Assembly (NCBI GenBank): GCA_038243585.1
Contig: JBBSQY010000017.1
Coordinates: 1-63,368 of the forward strand
DNA length: 63,368 bases
From: Candidatus Sumerlaeales bacterium
GTDB lineage: Bacteria; Sumerlaeota; Sumerlaeia; Sumerlaeales; Sumerlaeaceae
Direction: 5' to 3'
This document shows, in pieces, positions 45,684 to 55,959 of the stretch (position 1 is its first letter; each line of letters begins with the position of its first letter). The translations under genes and the position numbers were made by a program. The notes beneath the pieces are model-generated. The model had not been told where the DNA came from. It was given only the letters and a program-made list of their open reading frames with translations, and did no database searches.

Positions 45684-46154
45684 ATGGCGATAGAAGTTGG
45701 ACAGGTAGCACCGGATCTGGAATTGCCCGTGGCGGGCAGCCAGGAAAAATTTAAACTCAGCGATTACAAAGGCAAGCAACCCGTGGTACTGTTGTTCTTT
45801 CCTTTGGCATGGACGGGCGTCTGCACGCAGCAGATGTGTGACACGCGCGACTCCATGAACGGGCTTGAAGAGCTGAATGCCAAGGTGGTGGGTATTTCTG
45901 TGGATAGCCCGTTTGCTTTGAACAAGTTCAAAGAGGACCAGGGGCTTAATTTTGACCTTGCCAGCGATTTTAACCGGGAAGCGTGTGACAAATATGGCTG
46001 CAAGTACGATGAATTGCTGGGCTTCAAAGGCGTTGCCAAGCGGTCGGCGTTCGTCATCGGCACTGACGGCAATATCGTTTACGCTCGCGTGAACGAAAGT
46101 GCGAAAGACGTTCCCCCCATTGATGAAATTAAGGCAGCGCTTAACAAAGATTAA
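45684..46154 (+). CDS. Peroxiredoxin (AhpE/BCP-like)
   Basis: FFPLAWTGVCTQQMC (PxxxTxxC), GISVDS and KRSAFVI motifs; AGGAG RBS. Confidence 0.92.
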   Translation: MAIEVGQVAPDLELPVAGSQEKFKLSDYKGKQPVVLLFFPLAWTGVCTQQMCDTRDSMNGLEELNAKVVGISVDSPFALNKFKEDQGLNFDLASDFNREACDKYGCKYDELLGFKGVAKRSAFVIGTDGNIVYARVNESAKDVPPIDEIKAALNKD

Positions 46155-46440
46155 ATCCCGGTAGAGTTTCAGGGTAAGGATCACTTTATACAGGCTTGTA
46201 TAGTAGGGTGGGTATTCTTTTCGTCTGGATGCAGTTTGTGCATTCGTATGGCAGCTATTCTCGAGCAGTTCCGGCCAGGTTTTGCAGAGGTATAATTACG
46301 TCATGACAAACTCGCTAAGGAATCTCGTTTACTAAGACGGCGGGAATGCCCATTCTACGTTTTGCAAAGTTGATCTTACTTTTGTTTTCGATTTCTGTTG
46401 CCCCGGCAGAAGTTCTGGTTAACGAATCAGGGCTTGTGAT

Positions 46441-47919
46441 ATGGGCGATTACGCTGCCATAGTTTATCTGATAATTATCGCGGGCCTTGTTGTCTGGCTT
46501 AGCCGGGTTATCAGCCGAGTTAAATCCCTTACTTTACTGCTGCATAAGCGACAACGGGAGCGGGAAGCGGTCTACAGGTTTCTGGATGTGTTTGGGGATC
46601 GGCTGACCAGTGGCAACTTAAGCATTGAACCGGCACTGGAAATCCTTACAAGTTTCGTGGTCGACCAGACGGAGGCTGAAGCCGCTGCGGCGTTTCTGCT
46701 GGACCCGGAAGAAGGCGTACTAACAGCGCGGGTAATTCACGGGATTTTCCCTCCGCTTATGGAATCCACTGGGTATGTGCTCACCAAACAAAAGTATCTG
46801 GTTGAGCGTGTAAAACGGGAAAAGATCCAATTAGGGCATGGCATTATTGGAGAAGTGGCGCAGTCTGGCATTCCGGTTTTGATTAAGGATGCCGCTCTTG
46901 ATCCGCTGGTTCCGCATTTTAAAAACCCGGTGGTAACGATAAGGAGCATGATAGTCGCTCCACTGATTGCCCATGGCAGAACACTGGGCGTACTGGCCGT
47001 GGTAAATAAGCGCGGAGTTGGAGCTTTTCAGCAGGGTGAGCTGGACCTGCTTGTGAGCCTTGCGGACCAGGCGGCGACCACAGTTGAGATGGTTCACCTA
47101 TATGACGAATTGGCGGGCAAGCAGCGGATGGAGCAGGAGTTGGAGCTTGCTCATAATATCCAGCAAATGCTGTTGCCTGATTCATGCCCGCAGCCAGAGG
47201 GTTTTGCGATCGCCGCATTTTCAGCCCCGGCGCTGGAAGTGGGGGGTGACTATTACGACCTTATATGGGTCGACGAAGCGAAGCGCTACCTGGGGATCGC
47301 CATTGCGGACGTTAGCGGAAAAGGGATACCGGGGGCTCTTATAATGGCGGTGGTTCGTTGTACCATGCGGGCTAATGCACCGGGCAACTTATCTCCCCGA
47401 GATGTATTAATCCGGGTAAATGAACGGGTTTATGAGGACACTGGAGAAAACGTTTTTGTTACGATTACCTACGGTATTCTAGACACGATTAATAGTACCT
47501 TCTGCTTTGCACGGGCGGGCCATGAGCCGTTGGTAACGGTAGGCAAGACCGGGGACGTAGTGCTGACATCACCCCTTGGCATGGCCATGGGGCTCGTGGA
47601 TTCTGACTTGTTTGAAATTATTGAAGAAGAAACTATTGACCTTCTAAACGGTGACACGGCAGTTTTCTATACAGACGGTGTCGTGGAGGCAATGGACTCT
47701 GCTGAGAACGAGTATGGTCAGAAGCGATTCTTTAACCTGATTGCAAACAACCGCGAGCGTAGCCCGCAGGAAATCATAGAAACAACTCTTGCTGATATAC
47801 AAACGTTTACCAAGGGTTTCCCGCAACACGATGATATTACGATGGTAGCGGTGCAGGTTAAGGCTCGCAGGCCATCAGAAAGCCCACGGCCGGCGGCCAT
47901 GGCGTTTACAGAAGTTTGA
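46441..47919 (+). CDS. GAF + PP2C (SpoIIE/RsbU-like) phosphatase, N-terminally membrane anchored
   Basis: VGGDYYD, ADVSGKG, ARAGHEP, YTDGVVEA and DDIT motifs. Confidence 0.93.
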   Translation: MGDYAAIVYLIIIAGLVVWLSRVISRVKSLTLLLHKRQREREAVYRFLDVFGDRLTSGNLSIEPALEILTSFVVDQTEAEAAAAFLLDPEEGVLTARVIHGIFPPLMESTGYVLTKQKYLVERVKREKIQLGHGIIGEVAQSGIPVLIKDAALDPLVPHFKNPVVTIRSMIVAPLIAHGRTLGVLAVVNKRGVGAFQQGELDLLVSLADQAATTVEMVHLYDELAGKQRMEQELELAHNIQQMLLPDSCPQPEGFAIAAFSAPALEVGGDYYDLIWVDEAKRYLGIAIADVSGKGIPGALIMAVVRCTMRANAPGNLSPRDVLIRVNERVYEDTGENVFVTITYGILDTINSTFCFARAGHEPLVTVGKTGDVVLTSPLGMAMGLVDSDLFEIIEEETIDLLNGDTAVFYTDGVVEAMDSAENEYGQKRFFNLIANNRERSPQEIIETTLADIQTFTKGFPQHDDITMVAVQVKARRPSESPRPAAMAFTEV

Positions 47920-47938
47920 AGAAGACAAGGTATAGAAT

Positions 47939-48307
47939 ATGAAGGCATTCAGTTTTGCGAGCCGTGAAGCGGCCAATGATCCGGCGTGTGTTATTTATGA
48001 CCTGCGCGGTTATATTGATGCGCATACGGTGATTGAATTTGAAAGGGCAATTCACACGACGATCGACGCGGGACTGAAGTTTATCATTTTGGATATCACC
48101 GGACTAAGCTATATATCGAGCGCAGGTATTGGTGCCATGATGGGACTGGCGCGAAAGCTTTCGCAGGGCGGGGGCGACATGGTCTTAATGAATCCTTCGC
48201 CGAAGGTTTTTGCGATCCTTGACGGCCTCGGGTTTACACGCATTTTCAAGATTGCGGATGACGAAGCCTCCGCCGTTGAAATGATCCAAGCCGAAACGCG
48301 CCCATAA
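47939..48307 (+). CDS. STAS anti-sigma-factor antagonist (RsbV/SpoIIAA-like)
   Basis: LRGYIDAHT and LSYISSAGIG (phosphorylatable Ser). Confidence 0.92.
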   Translation: MKAFSFASREAANDPACVIYDLRGYIDAHTVIEFERAIHTTIDAGLKFIILDITGLSYISSAGIGAMMGLARKLSQGGGDMVLMNPSPKVFAILDGLGFTRIFKIADDEASAVEMIQAETRP

Positions 48308-48324
48308 AAAGGTTATCAATCGCC

Positions 48325-48795
48325 ATGACCGAGAAAGATATGTTTCCGCTGAAGCCGCATATGGAAATGCGTTGCCGTGTGGATTCTACACTGCTTGGTT
48401 TGCTTCGCGACTTTGTGGCGAGCGTGGCACGGCATCTGGCGTTTAGCGACCAGCAGGTGGCTGAAATAGAAATAAGCGTGGATGAGGCTTGCGCAAATGC
48501 CATGGAACATGCTTATGACCAGACCCCTGATGAAAACACCATGGCTGAGATGGGCCATGAGGTTCAAGTTGAACTCTATTTATGGCCAGATCGACTCACA
48601 ATCCGTGTTTCGGATTCAGGGACCGGCAGGCCAGATCTTAACCACCCCATGTCTATGGACGCTTATCTTGATATTAATCGGATTAAGTTTCGGGGCCTTG
48701 GCATGGTTCTTATGCATAAGTTTATGGATGAAGTCGCTGTCCACGCTACGCCCGGACAAGGTACGATTGTGGAGATGACGAAGCTTAAAAAATAG
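48325..48795 (+). CDS. RsbW-like anti-sigma factor / Ser kinase
   Basis: VDEACANAMEHAY, VSDSGTG and RGLGMVLMHKFMDEV motifs. Confidence 0.92.
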   Translation: MTEKDMFPLKPHMEMRCRVDSTLLGLLRDFVASVARHLAFSDQQVAEIEISVDEACANAMEHAYDQTPDENTMAEMGHEVQVELYLWPDRLTIRVSDSGTGRPDLNHPMSMDAYLDINRIKFRGLGMVLMHKFMDEVAVHATPGQGTIVEMTKLKK

Positions 48796-48870
48796 CGGAA
48801 ACCGTGACAGCATTAAATTCGATAGAGGCGCCGCTACTTATGGAAGCGATTTTCAATAGGAACGATTGTA

Positions 48871-50133
48871 TTGAGCGCACCTGACGAGCTGATCCGGGTT
48901 TCTGATGAGTTGCACCTGCTTGAGCAGGTTCACATGGCCCTGGGGTCCTCGCATTCGCTTGACGATTTTTATGCGGCGATGGCTGGAATGCTGGTTGATC
49001 CGAAAACCTTAGGATTCAGCAGGGCCTTTATCATCCGCTTTGACGACAAATTAAAACAGTTTCAGGGGCGAATGGCCGCAGGAGATGAGGCCGGGCTTAA
49101 AACGGAATTTATGCATTACCGTGCAGACGCGTCCGCTCTGCCGGCGGACCACGTTCTTTCTCGCGCTGCCGATTCGCCTCAGACAATCATCTGCAAGCCG
49201 GGCGACACAAACCTGGATGGCCTTGAGCCAGTCGTTCAGCTTCCGCTTGTGGCGGCGCGGCTTAAAACTCGCCGGGGGTTGCACGGGGTTGTCATTGCAG
49301 ACCGCAAGTTTGCAGGTCAGCCGCTGGACCACCTGTGCACAGTGCGATTTCAGTGGTTAGTCAGCCATGCCTGCGTAATGCTAGACAATGTGGAACTAGT
49401 GGAAGAGCTTACGGATGCGGCGCAGCGGATGAGAGAAGTTGATCGCCTTAAGACAAATTTTCTTAGTATCGTAAGCCATGAACTGCGCACTCCCCTGACC
49501 AGTATCATCGGGTTTGTTCACTTGTTGAGGGAAGGGAAGGCGGGAGGAGTTACAGACGAGCAACGGGATATGCTGGGAAGGGTTGCAAATCACAGTGCAC
49601 ATTTACAAAATATGGTGAATGACATTTTGGAAATCGCCGAGGTGGAAGCCGGGGGCATCGTCAATGTGACATTGCAGTCAGTGGATCCGGTGGCAGCCCT
49701 GAACCATGTGATACCGAAGGCGGAGGCGCGCAAAAGCTCTCGCCATGTGGTGATAGAGCCGGTAGTGACAGGTGAGGTGGCATTGGTACTTACGGACCCT
49801 ATCGCCCTGGAACGCATTTACTATCACCTTATCGACAACGCGATCAAGTTTATTCCGGATTCAGGGCGAGTGACCATCGAGTTTAAAGAGACGAATCACC
49901 GGCTTGAAATTACGGTTGCGGATACGGGAATTGGCATTTCGCCAGAAAATTTAAAGCAGATCTTTGATCACTTCTACCAGGTGGATTACCGACTTGAGCG
50001 TGCATATAACGGAATGGGTATTGGCCTCACAGTGGTAAAGCTTTTACTGGACGCGACAGGCGGCATATTGCGCATTACTTCGGCTCCAGGCGACGGTTCG
50101 CGGTTTACGGTTAGTTATCCGCTAGCTGATTAG
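48871..50133 (+). CDS. GAF-like sensor histidine kinase
   Basis: SHELRTPL, LIDNAIKF, DTGIGI, FYQVD and GMGIGL motifs. Confidence 0.92.
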   Translation: MSAPDELIRVSDELHLLEQVHMALGSSHSLDDFYAAMAGMLVDPKTLGFSRAFIIRFDDKLKQFQGRMAAGDEAGLKTEFMHYRADASALPADHVLSRAADSPQTIICKPGDTNLDGLEPVVQLPLVAARLKTRRGLHGVVIADRKFAGQPLDHLCTVRFQWLVSHACVMLDNVELVEELTDAAQRMREVDRLKTNFLSIVSHELRTPLTSIIGFVHLLREGKAGGVTDEQRDMLGRVANHSAHLQNMVNDILEIAEVEAGGIVNVTLQSVDPVAALNHVIPKAEARKSSRHVVIEPVVTGEVALVLTDPIALERIYYHLIDNAIKFIPDSGRVTIEFKETNHRLEITVADTGIGISPENLKQIFDHFYQVDYRLERAYNGMGIGLTVVKLLLDATGGILRITSAPGDGSRFTVSYPLAD

Positions 50134-50214
50134 GTAATAGGGCTGGACCCAATAGTTCAACATCCAGAACGTAACGAAAAGCGTTAAACTGCCAGCGCTA
50201 CGACGTTCGGAGAC

Positions 50215-50252
50215 AAAAAAAACGGCGGGCCTGTAAATGGCCCGCCGTAAAA
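50215..50252 (-). terminator. Intrinsic terminator of the lamin-tail gene
   Basis: ACGGCGGGCC / GGCCCGCCGT stem with a T8 run on the - strand. Confidence 0.85.
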
Positions 50253-50276
50253 TGCTGATGCTACTTTAAGTCACAA

Positions 50277-53114
50277 TCAGTAGATCGTCCAGTCCGAAAC
50301 CAAAGATGGCGGAACAGTCTGTGAATTCCTGTGACCGGGAGTACCGACCCGAGGTGAGGAATTCCAGTTTGCGCCATTGTTCGGATCAAGAGAAGGATCT
50401 TTTAACTCGATTGACGACCCATCAACATCAGTTGGCCACGTTAAGGATGTGTCATCTGCAAGATAGTTGATGCTCAAGAACGGATTCGGCAGAAGAGTCG
50501 CTGACTGCAATCCAGCGAAATATTGCGTTTCGTTGGTATGAGCAAGGTACACAGTGGTGATATTTGCATTTCCCAAGGTGCTGCCGTATAGGAAGCCATT
50601 GTTTACCACCAAGTCAGGATTCTGAGACCATGGGCGTGTGGTGATATAATTTGGAATATCTGAGTAATACTCGTCCAGGAACAGGCGATTCTGTCCCAGC
50701 ACCAAGTAACCACGGGCTGGAATGATGGTCCCTTCTGGTATAACCTGGGAGCTGCCTGAATTGTAATCCAAGCTCGTACCATAGTAATAGAACGATAGGT
50801 TTACCGGTTCAAAAGTGCGGTTATACAGTTCGATAAATTCCGGATAGTTGTTACCGTCACTTCCGTATGGATTATACATGATCTCATTGATCACAATTGC
50901 GTTTGCAACGGCCGGGGTGTTATCAACGAAAAACGGAACGGTTGTTACCGGAGCTATGTAAGGGTACGTCCCCTTATCTCCGGCAGTATCTGTGGCGACT
51001 ACGTAATACTTAACCAGCGTGTTATCTGGAAAAGGACCGATCTGGCCAGTAAACGTGACCCCATCCGTGCTAGTCATTGGTGTCGCTACAAACGTAGTTC
51101 CCGTTTTTGCCATAATTTGTGCTGTCGCGATCGGCAATGTGCTCGACGTTACGGCTGTAATTGTTATCTGCTGAGTTGAACTCGGATACACAATATCGCG
51201 GGTTGTCGTCAGAATTTGAACATCGCCTTTACGCGCGATATTATCAGTAGAATTAGCTGCCAGTGGAGTTCCATCGTAGACTTTTGAAACCGCCCAGTTT
51301 GCCCCAACTGCATCTGCACCTGGAGTAGGCGTCGTAAGTTCCATAGAGAATCCGTTGTTGTTTGATCCCGTTGGCCATGGAGCTACATTAGCATAAGTTC
51401 TGCTCCAGACCGCTGCGGAATCGGGGGCCAGTGTCCCATCAAAATTAAAATCGTTCGGAGCCCAGAGAAGGATTGTGCTGCCGGCGTGAGCCATTATCGC
51501 GGATCTTGGTTTCATGCCAAAGTCAACGACTTTACCGGGATTCATACCTGGATAATATTTCATCAGTTTCTGTTTGTTGCCAGTAAATACCAAATATCCC
51601 TTAGCGGGGATAATCGTATCAGGAGTTGACGGAATCGTAATATAGCTCTGTCTCTCGCCAGCAGCTACATAACTGGTGGAGACGACGTAACCTCCAAGGT
51701 TGATCGGGGTAGAGCCGGAATTATACACTTCAAAATATTGAGAGTGAGTATCATTATCAAAACCGGCAGGATTAGCCATGATTTCGGTTAATACCAAGTC
51801 GTTTAATACCGGGGGTGCAGACTGAACTCTGAAAACGTGATATCCAAGAAATTCTGATTCCAATGCAGGGAAGCCCATATGCAGTTCCTGATAGTCTGCT
51901 TCAGTCGCCGTAAGGCCACCGGCGTCGGTCGCTGAGACATACCATTTCACATGAGTGCCATCAGCAAGTCCGGCGGTAATGATATCCGCGCCATAATTAT
52001 TATTACCTTCCGCTACCATCGGAGTGGGCAGGTACCCTGTGCCTTTATCGACCATAAGTTTGGGAACGATAACGGCATCATCATACACTTTTGCGGTAAT
52101 GCGAACGGTTGAGCCTGGCGTCGGATTTTGAATGTTGCGACTGGCGGATCCGACTACAGGCAGTTGATTGGCTGAACGAAGTCCCAGGTTGGTAAGTCCG
52201 GCGGAATGATTGGCGATGTGCCCTTCATTGAGCTTCCAGGTGAGGTTCACCTGCTCCAAAGATTCATCGTGGCCGTTTAGGCCGTTGCCGCCGACTTGTG
52301 TCTCGCCCGCTTCCAGTAAAGACCGACGGGTCATCACAGCGCCGTCGCCTGCCGGAAAGTAGGCAGTTAGATTATCAGATCCACCAAAATCGAACAAGTA
52401 AGATTCCGGAGTGCCGTTTGGCCCCTGTTCCAGAACACTAGACTTATTAGCGATCTGGTTCGAGCTGGCACCCCAGGTAGCACCCTTCGGCAAGTACTGG
52501 ACCCAATCTAGATCTTTAACCAGAGAGGACTGGCCGTCCCAGTAAAACAGTACAACACTTTCTCCGCCATCGGTGTGATTAATATTGGCGGACCCGATCG
52601 GGTCTGGAGCGGTACCTTGCGGATCAAGTGGATAATCGGGAGACGACCTGTTGTAATTTGTGCCCATATTTGGTATGGTCTGAGATAAGTCACTGTCTAA
52701 CGCCTCAAATAACTGGGGGTTACCAGGCTGGTTTGTGAAATTACTTAAGCTGCCCTGAAAAAGAATATCGAGAAATTTTGTGCCATCGTTGACAACAACC
52801 ACGGTACCTCCGGACGGGATAGAGGCCCCTGCCGGAAATTGCCGTAAGTGGTCAGAGTTGTTGGCCAGTGTATTGGCTATAGCACCGGAAACAACGGACG
52901 GCAAGTCAAAGTAAAGATTATGGTCGGTAATATAGTAGTTCGTTAAATCCACAGCCGCTAATGTGGGGTTATAGATTTCGGTAAATTCATTACCCGACGG
53001 CATAGCAATACCAACTTCAGAAATCACCAAATGATCCGCCGCCGGGGTTTGCCCGAAGGAGGAAATGGCGAGTGAAGCCATGGCGAATGTTAATCCAAAT
53101 TGTTTTTTTATCAT
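50277..53114 (-). CDS. Secreted protein with three lamin-tail (LTD) domains and a C-terminal VSDWTIY motif
   Basis: Signal peptide; HLVISEV...EIYNPT, LVLTEIMANP...EVYN and IVINEIMYNP...EFIELYN; GTPG ends. Confidence 0.88.
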   Translation of the reverse strand: MIKKQFGLTFAMASLAISSFGQTPAADHLVISEVGIAMPSGNEFTEIYNPTLAAVDLTNYYITDHNLYFDLPSVVSGAIANTLANNSDHLRQFPAGASIPSGGTVVVVNDGTKFLDILFQGSLSNFTNQPGNPQLFEALDSDLSQTIPNMGTNYNRSSPDYPLDPQGTAPDPIGSANINHTDGGESVVLFYWDGQSSLVKDLDWVQYLPKGATWGASSNQIANKSSVLEQGPNGTPESYLFDFGGSDNLTAYFPAGDGAVMTRRSLLEAGETQVGGNGLNGHDESLEQVNLTWKLNEGHIANHSAGLTNLGLRSANQLPVVGSASRNIQNPTPGSTVRITAKVYDDAVIVPKLMVDKGTGYLPTPMVAEGNNNYGADIITAGLADGTHVKWYVSATDAGGLTATEADYQELHMGFPALESEFLGYHVFRVQSAPPVLNDLVLTEIMANPAGFDNDTHSQYFEVYNSGSTPINLGGYVVSTSYVAAGERQSYITIPSTPDTIIPAKGYLVFTGNKQKLMKYYPGMNPGKVVDFGMKPRSAIMAHAGSTILLWAPNDFNFDGTLAPDSAAVWSRTYANVAPWPTGSNNNGFSMELTTPTPGADAVGANWAVSKVYDGTPLAANSTDNIARKGDVQILTTTRDIVYPSSTQQITITAVTSSTLPIATAQIMAKTGTTFVATPMTSTDGVTFTGQIGPFPDNTLVKYYVVATDTAGDKGTYPYIAPVTTVPFFVDNTPAVANAIVINEIMYNPYGSDGNNYPEFIELYNRTFEPVNLSFYYYGTSLDYNSGSSQVIPEGTIIPARGYLVLGQNRLFLDEYYSDIPNYITTRPWSQNPDLVVNNGFLYGSTLGNANITTVYLAHTNETQYFAGLQSATLLPNPFLSINYLADDTSLTWPTDVDGSSIELKDPSLDPNNGANWNSSPRVGTPGHRNSQTVPPSLVSDWTIY

Positions 53115-53263
53115 ATTTCTGATTCCTTTTTATACATCGCTTTGTTATTCAGCGTCAAGCAACGCCATCTGTGGTAACTTTAATATCTAATATAATACGA
53201 AAACCATACTTTAACCTTCGACTGCTTAATTTTTTAAAAAAACTAAATGCATCGAACGCAGCT

Positions 53264-53290
53264 AAAGCCGCTGCCAAGGCAGCGGCTTTT
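53264..53290. terminator. Hairpin terminator after the pilin-like gene
   Basis: AAAGCCGCTGCC-AA-GGCAGCGGCTTT. Confidence 0.75.
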
Positions 53291-53292
53291 AA

Positions 53293-54009
53293 TCAGCCTT
53301 TTGATCCTTCGATCATATGGTACAGGGAGGTTCCGGATCCGGTAGGTACTCCACCGACTCGCCATATGCTGCCTTTGGAAATTGTGCCATTGGTCGCGTC
53401 ATAGATGGCTGTTCCCGCACGTGCTCGGCCTATAGTCGTATCCGTAAGAAGCGAGTTAGCCATGACATAAACGAAGTCATACGCCAAGTCGGGACCGGCC
53501 GATTGAAGGAACCACCAGAATGGGTCAACGTCGTGTGCCTGTGTTTGTCCCCAAACCGCAGAGTCTTTAGAGTTACGCGCTGTATACCAGTATAGGCCCT
53601 TGTTTTCGACAGCAGGCAAAGGAGTCTTGGTCTGAAGGGTCGGGCCTTCGTAAAAACTGACAGCTACGAACGGGTCATTGTAGCCGGCTTTTCCGGTCAG
53701 GTAGGAAATAGGTGTGGTCAGCCGTTCCAGTGTAGGAGTATTTCGGCTGCCGCCCGGCCCACCGGATGCGGTGGCGAAGCACCAGTTATTACCGGCACAC
53801 CAGGGGTATTTGTTATGGTCAATGTGATAGACTTCGAGTCCGGTTGCGATGGTGCGGTGATCGGCTCTTGCTCGGGAAATTTTGGCCCGCGTCTGCGCCT
53901 CAAGAAAATTGGGCACCGCGATGGCTGCCAGAATGGCGATAATTGCAACGACGATTAACAACTCGATAAGCGTGAAGCCGTATTTTAATTTGGAATGAAT
54001 GACGTTCAT
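53293..54009 (-). CDS. Prepilin-type N-terminal cleavage/methylation domain protein
   Basis: G|FTLIELLIVVAIIAILAAIAVPNFLEAQTRAK; LTTPISYL, SAGPD and YDATNGTISKGSI motifs; ATG 54009 after AAGGA. Confidence 0.92.
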   Translation of the reverse strand: MNVIHSKLKYGFTLIELLIVVAIIAILAAIAVPNFLEAQTRAKISRARADHRTIATGLEVYHIDHNKYPWCAGNNWCFATASGGPGGSRNTPTLERLTTPISYLTGKAGYNDPFVAVSFYEGPTLQTKTPLPAVENKGLYWYTARNSKDSAVWGQTQAHDVDPFWWFLQSAGPDLAYDFVYVMANSLLTDTTIGRARAGTAIYDATNGTISKGSIWRVGGVPTGSGTSLYHMIEGSKG

Positions 54010-54443
54010 GAAACTTCCTTTCGAAAAAATTTTTTGCCTCACCAGGAGCTTCTTTTTAAAACATGGCACAAAGCGTCCAGATTAGCACGGGAGGATGATT
54101 CGATGATCGGCCGAACGATATGGACTACGCCTCCTAACAAAATCTGATCTAAACACGATCATCATATATAAAGTAGAGAACCCGTCGATTGGATTATTCA
54201 AGCATAAAAGAACTTGCATAGATATTCAGACAGGGCATAAGCGGGCCAATACTATACTTGGGTGTGATGGGATCTTCGTCACTATCTTAAGCACAATCGA
54301 CGGAGAATAGAGTGTTGGACGGCGCGCGCAGCTGATAAAACCAAGCGTAACTGACCTTCACAGAGAGACAATTCGCTCCGCGATAGTTCTGTAAATAGAC
54401 GTATCAGTACAATGCCTTACGCAATGGTAACTGCGAACTGCCC

Positions 54444-55634
54444 CTAGTGTTGGACGTCCACGGTTATGCGGTCGCCCTGCCGGTCAGTGATGCGGAGGTC
54501 GAACTGGTCGAAATCTATTATGGCTCGTTCGAGAGCGGCATAAGCTCGGTCTGTGTCGAGATTGAAGATGGCCACGTTGCCGTGAAGACTCCGCAGATAG
54601 GCTTTGGTTCCGTAGCTTAATCGGCTTTCGAGGAACTTGCCGACGCCTTTAACTTCGTCCTCGGTCAGATCTGTAAACATCACGCTGAACTTGGTCTTGT
54701 CTAGCACTTCGCGCTCGCGGAGACCGGCAGCATTTGCGACTAATTCCCGTGTGGCGTCGCCAAAAGCCTTGATCGTCACGCCTGCGGCGGCTTCGTCTTC
54801 GCTTTTGCCGCTCGCTCTAACGGTGCGATTGACTTCGCCAAGCACGCGTCCGTCTTTGACCCGGATCATCGCAAGCTTCATTGCGGTTTCATAGGTGATC
54901 AGATCATCGAGCAGAACCTTTTCCTGTCCGACGCGCATAGTGTCGGTGGAGCCAATGATCAGCACTTCTGCCCCCGCCTGAATGGCCGCCGCGCGAGCAG
55001 CTGCCACGTTGGCGGTATCCGCAAGGTCGACTTTGTAACCGGGCATGGGAACAACGGCGTCCTGAACCTTCAAGCCGTCGTCGGACAAAGCCTTGAGGGA
55101 TGCCAGGCGAGCATTACTGATGGGAGTCGGCATGTTGTTCACGGTCTCACTGATGAAGACCGCATAGTGTGGGTTTGGCTCAGGTTTATAGAGAAATTTT
55201 TTCTCGCGCAGGTCGCGGTGTACTTTTTCGGGGAAGGTCTGCACCCGGACAAGAACGCCAAAGCCGCCCCGGTCAATACGCCGCTCCAGTACGTAGTAGG
55301 AGGCGACGAACTGTTGCCAGTTTTTGGCAATGTAAGCTGTCAATAGATCCTCAGCCTGCAACGAGTAGTCGCTGAACAGGACGCGTCCGATGGTTGCATG
55401 GACCGCCCTGATGGAGGCTTGTCGAATGGCTTCTTCTTCCGTAGCGCCAACCTGTTGATATTTAAATTCCAGCAGGTCGTGGGTTTCTACGGCGAGTTCG
55501 GCCCGGGCCGGGCTTTCACACAGCATTATAGCGGCGGCCAACTGCACGCCCATTGCCGTCGCGACGCACGTACGGCTTATCTTTTTCGCAATGCTCCAGC
55601 GAGCTTTGTTCGGCATGACACTCCGCTCATACAA
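54444..55634 (-). CDS. Exported hypothetical protein (FlgT/LPP20-like N-region, CsgG/TolB_N-like middle)
   Basis: Signal peptide; GATEEEAIRQASIRAV and AGAEVLIIG...LAMIRVKDGRVL segments. Confidence 0.65.
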   Translation of the reverse strand: MYERSVMPNKARWSIAKKISRTCVATAMGVQLAAAIMLCESPARAELAVETHDLLEFKYQQVGATEEEAIRQASIRAVHATIGRVLFSDYSLQAEDLLTAYIAKNWQQFVASYYVLERRIDRGGFGVLVRVQTFPEKVHRDLREKKFLYKPEPNPHYAVFISETVNNMPTPISNARLASLKALSDDGLKVQDAVVPMPGYKVDLADTANVAAARAAAIQAGAEVLIIGSTDTMRVGQEKVLLDDLITYETAMKLAMIRVKDGRVLGEVNRTVRASGKSEDEAAAGVTIKAFGDATRELVANAAGLREREVLDKTKFSVMFTDLTEDEVKGVGKFLESRLSYGTKAYLRSLHGNVAIFNLDTDRAYAALERAIIDFDQFDLRITDRQGDRITVDVQH

Positions 55635-55959
55635 ATCATTTTTGTGAAACTAACCGGAAAGGCCTCGGCACCTTTTCCGCATAACAAACCGGCAATATCA
55701 GTGATATTGAATCATTCCGCTACCCGCTTTGATTAGGGAGGTAAAGCAAAATCTGTTAAAAACTTTGACGCGTGGTGCGACGTGCGTTGCGTAGAGGGGG
55801 TATGTGCGTTTCGGACGGATCTGGAAGTCATTTTGACATCTGACTTCGTGCGTTTCGGTAGTTTCGGCGAACCGTCCCTACCTTTGAAGAAAAAGCAGGA
55901 AAGCAAAAACATCGCGCTTGCATACGGTTGTCTTCAGTTTCACTGTCCGCTTACCTTAA

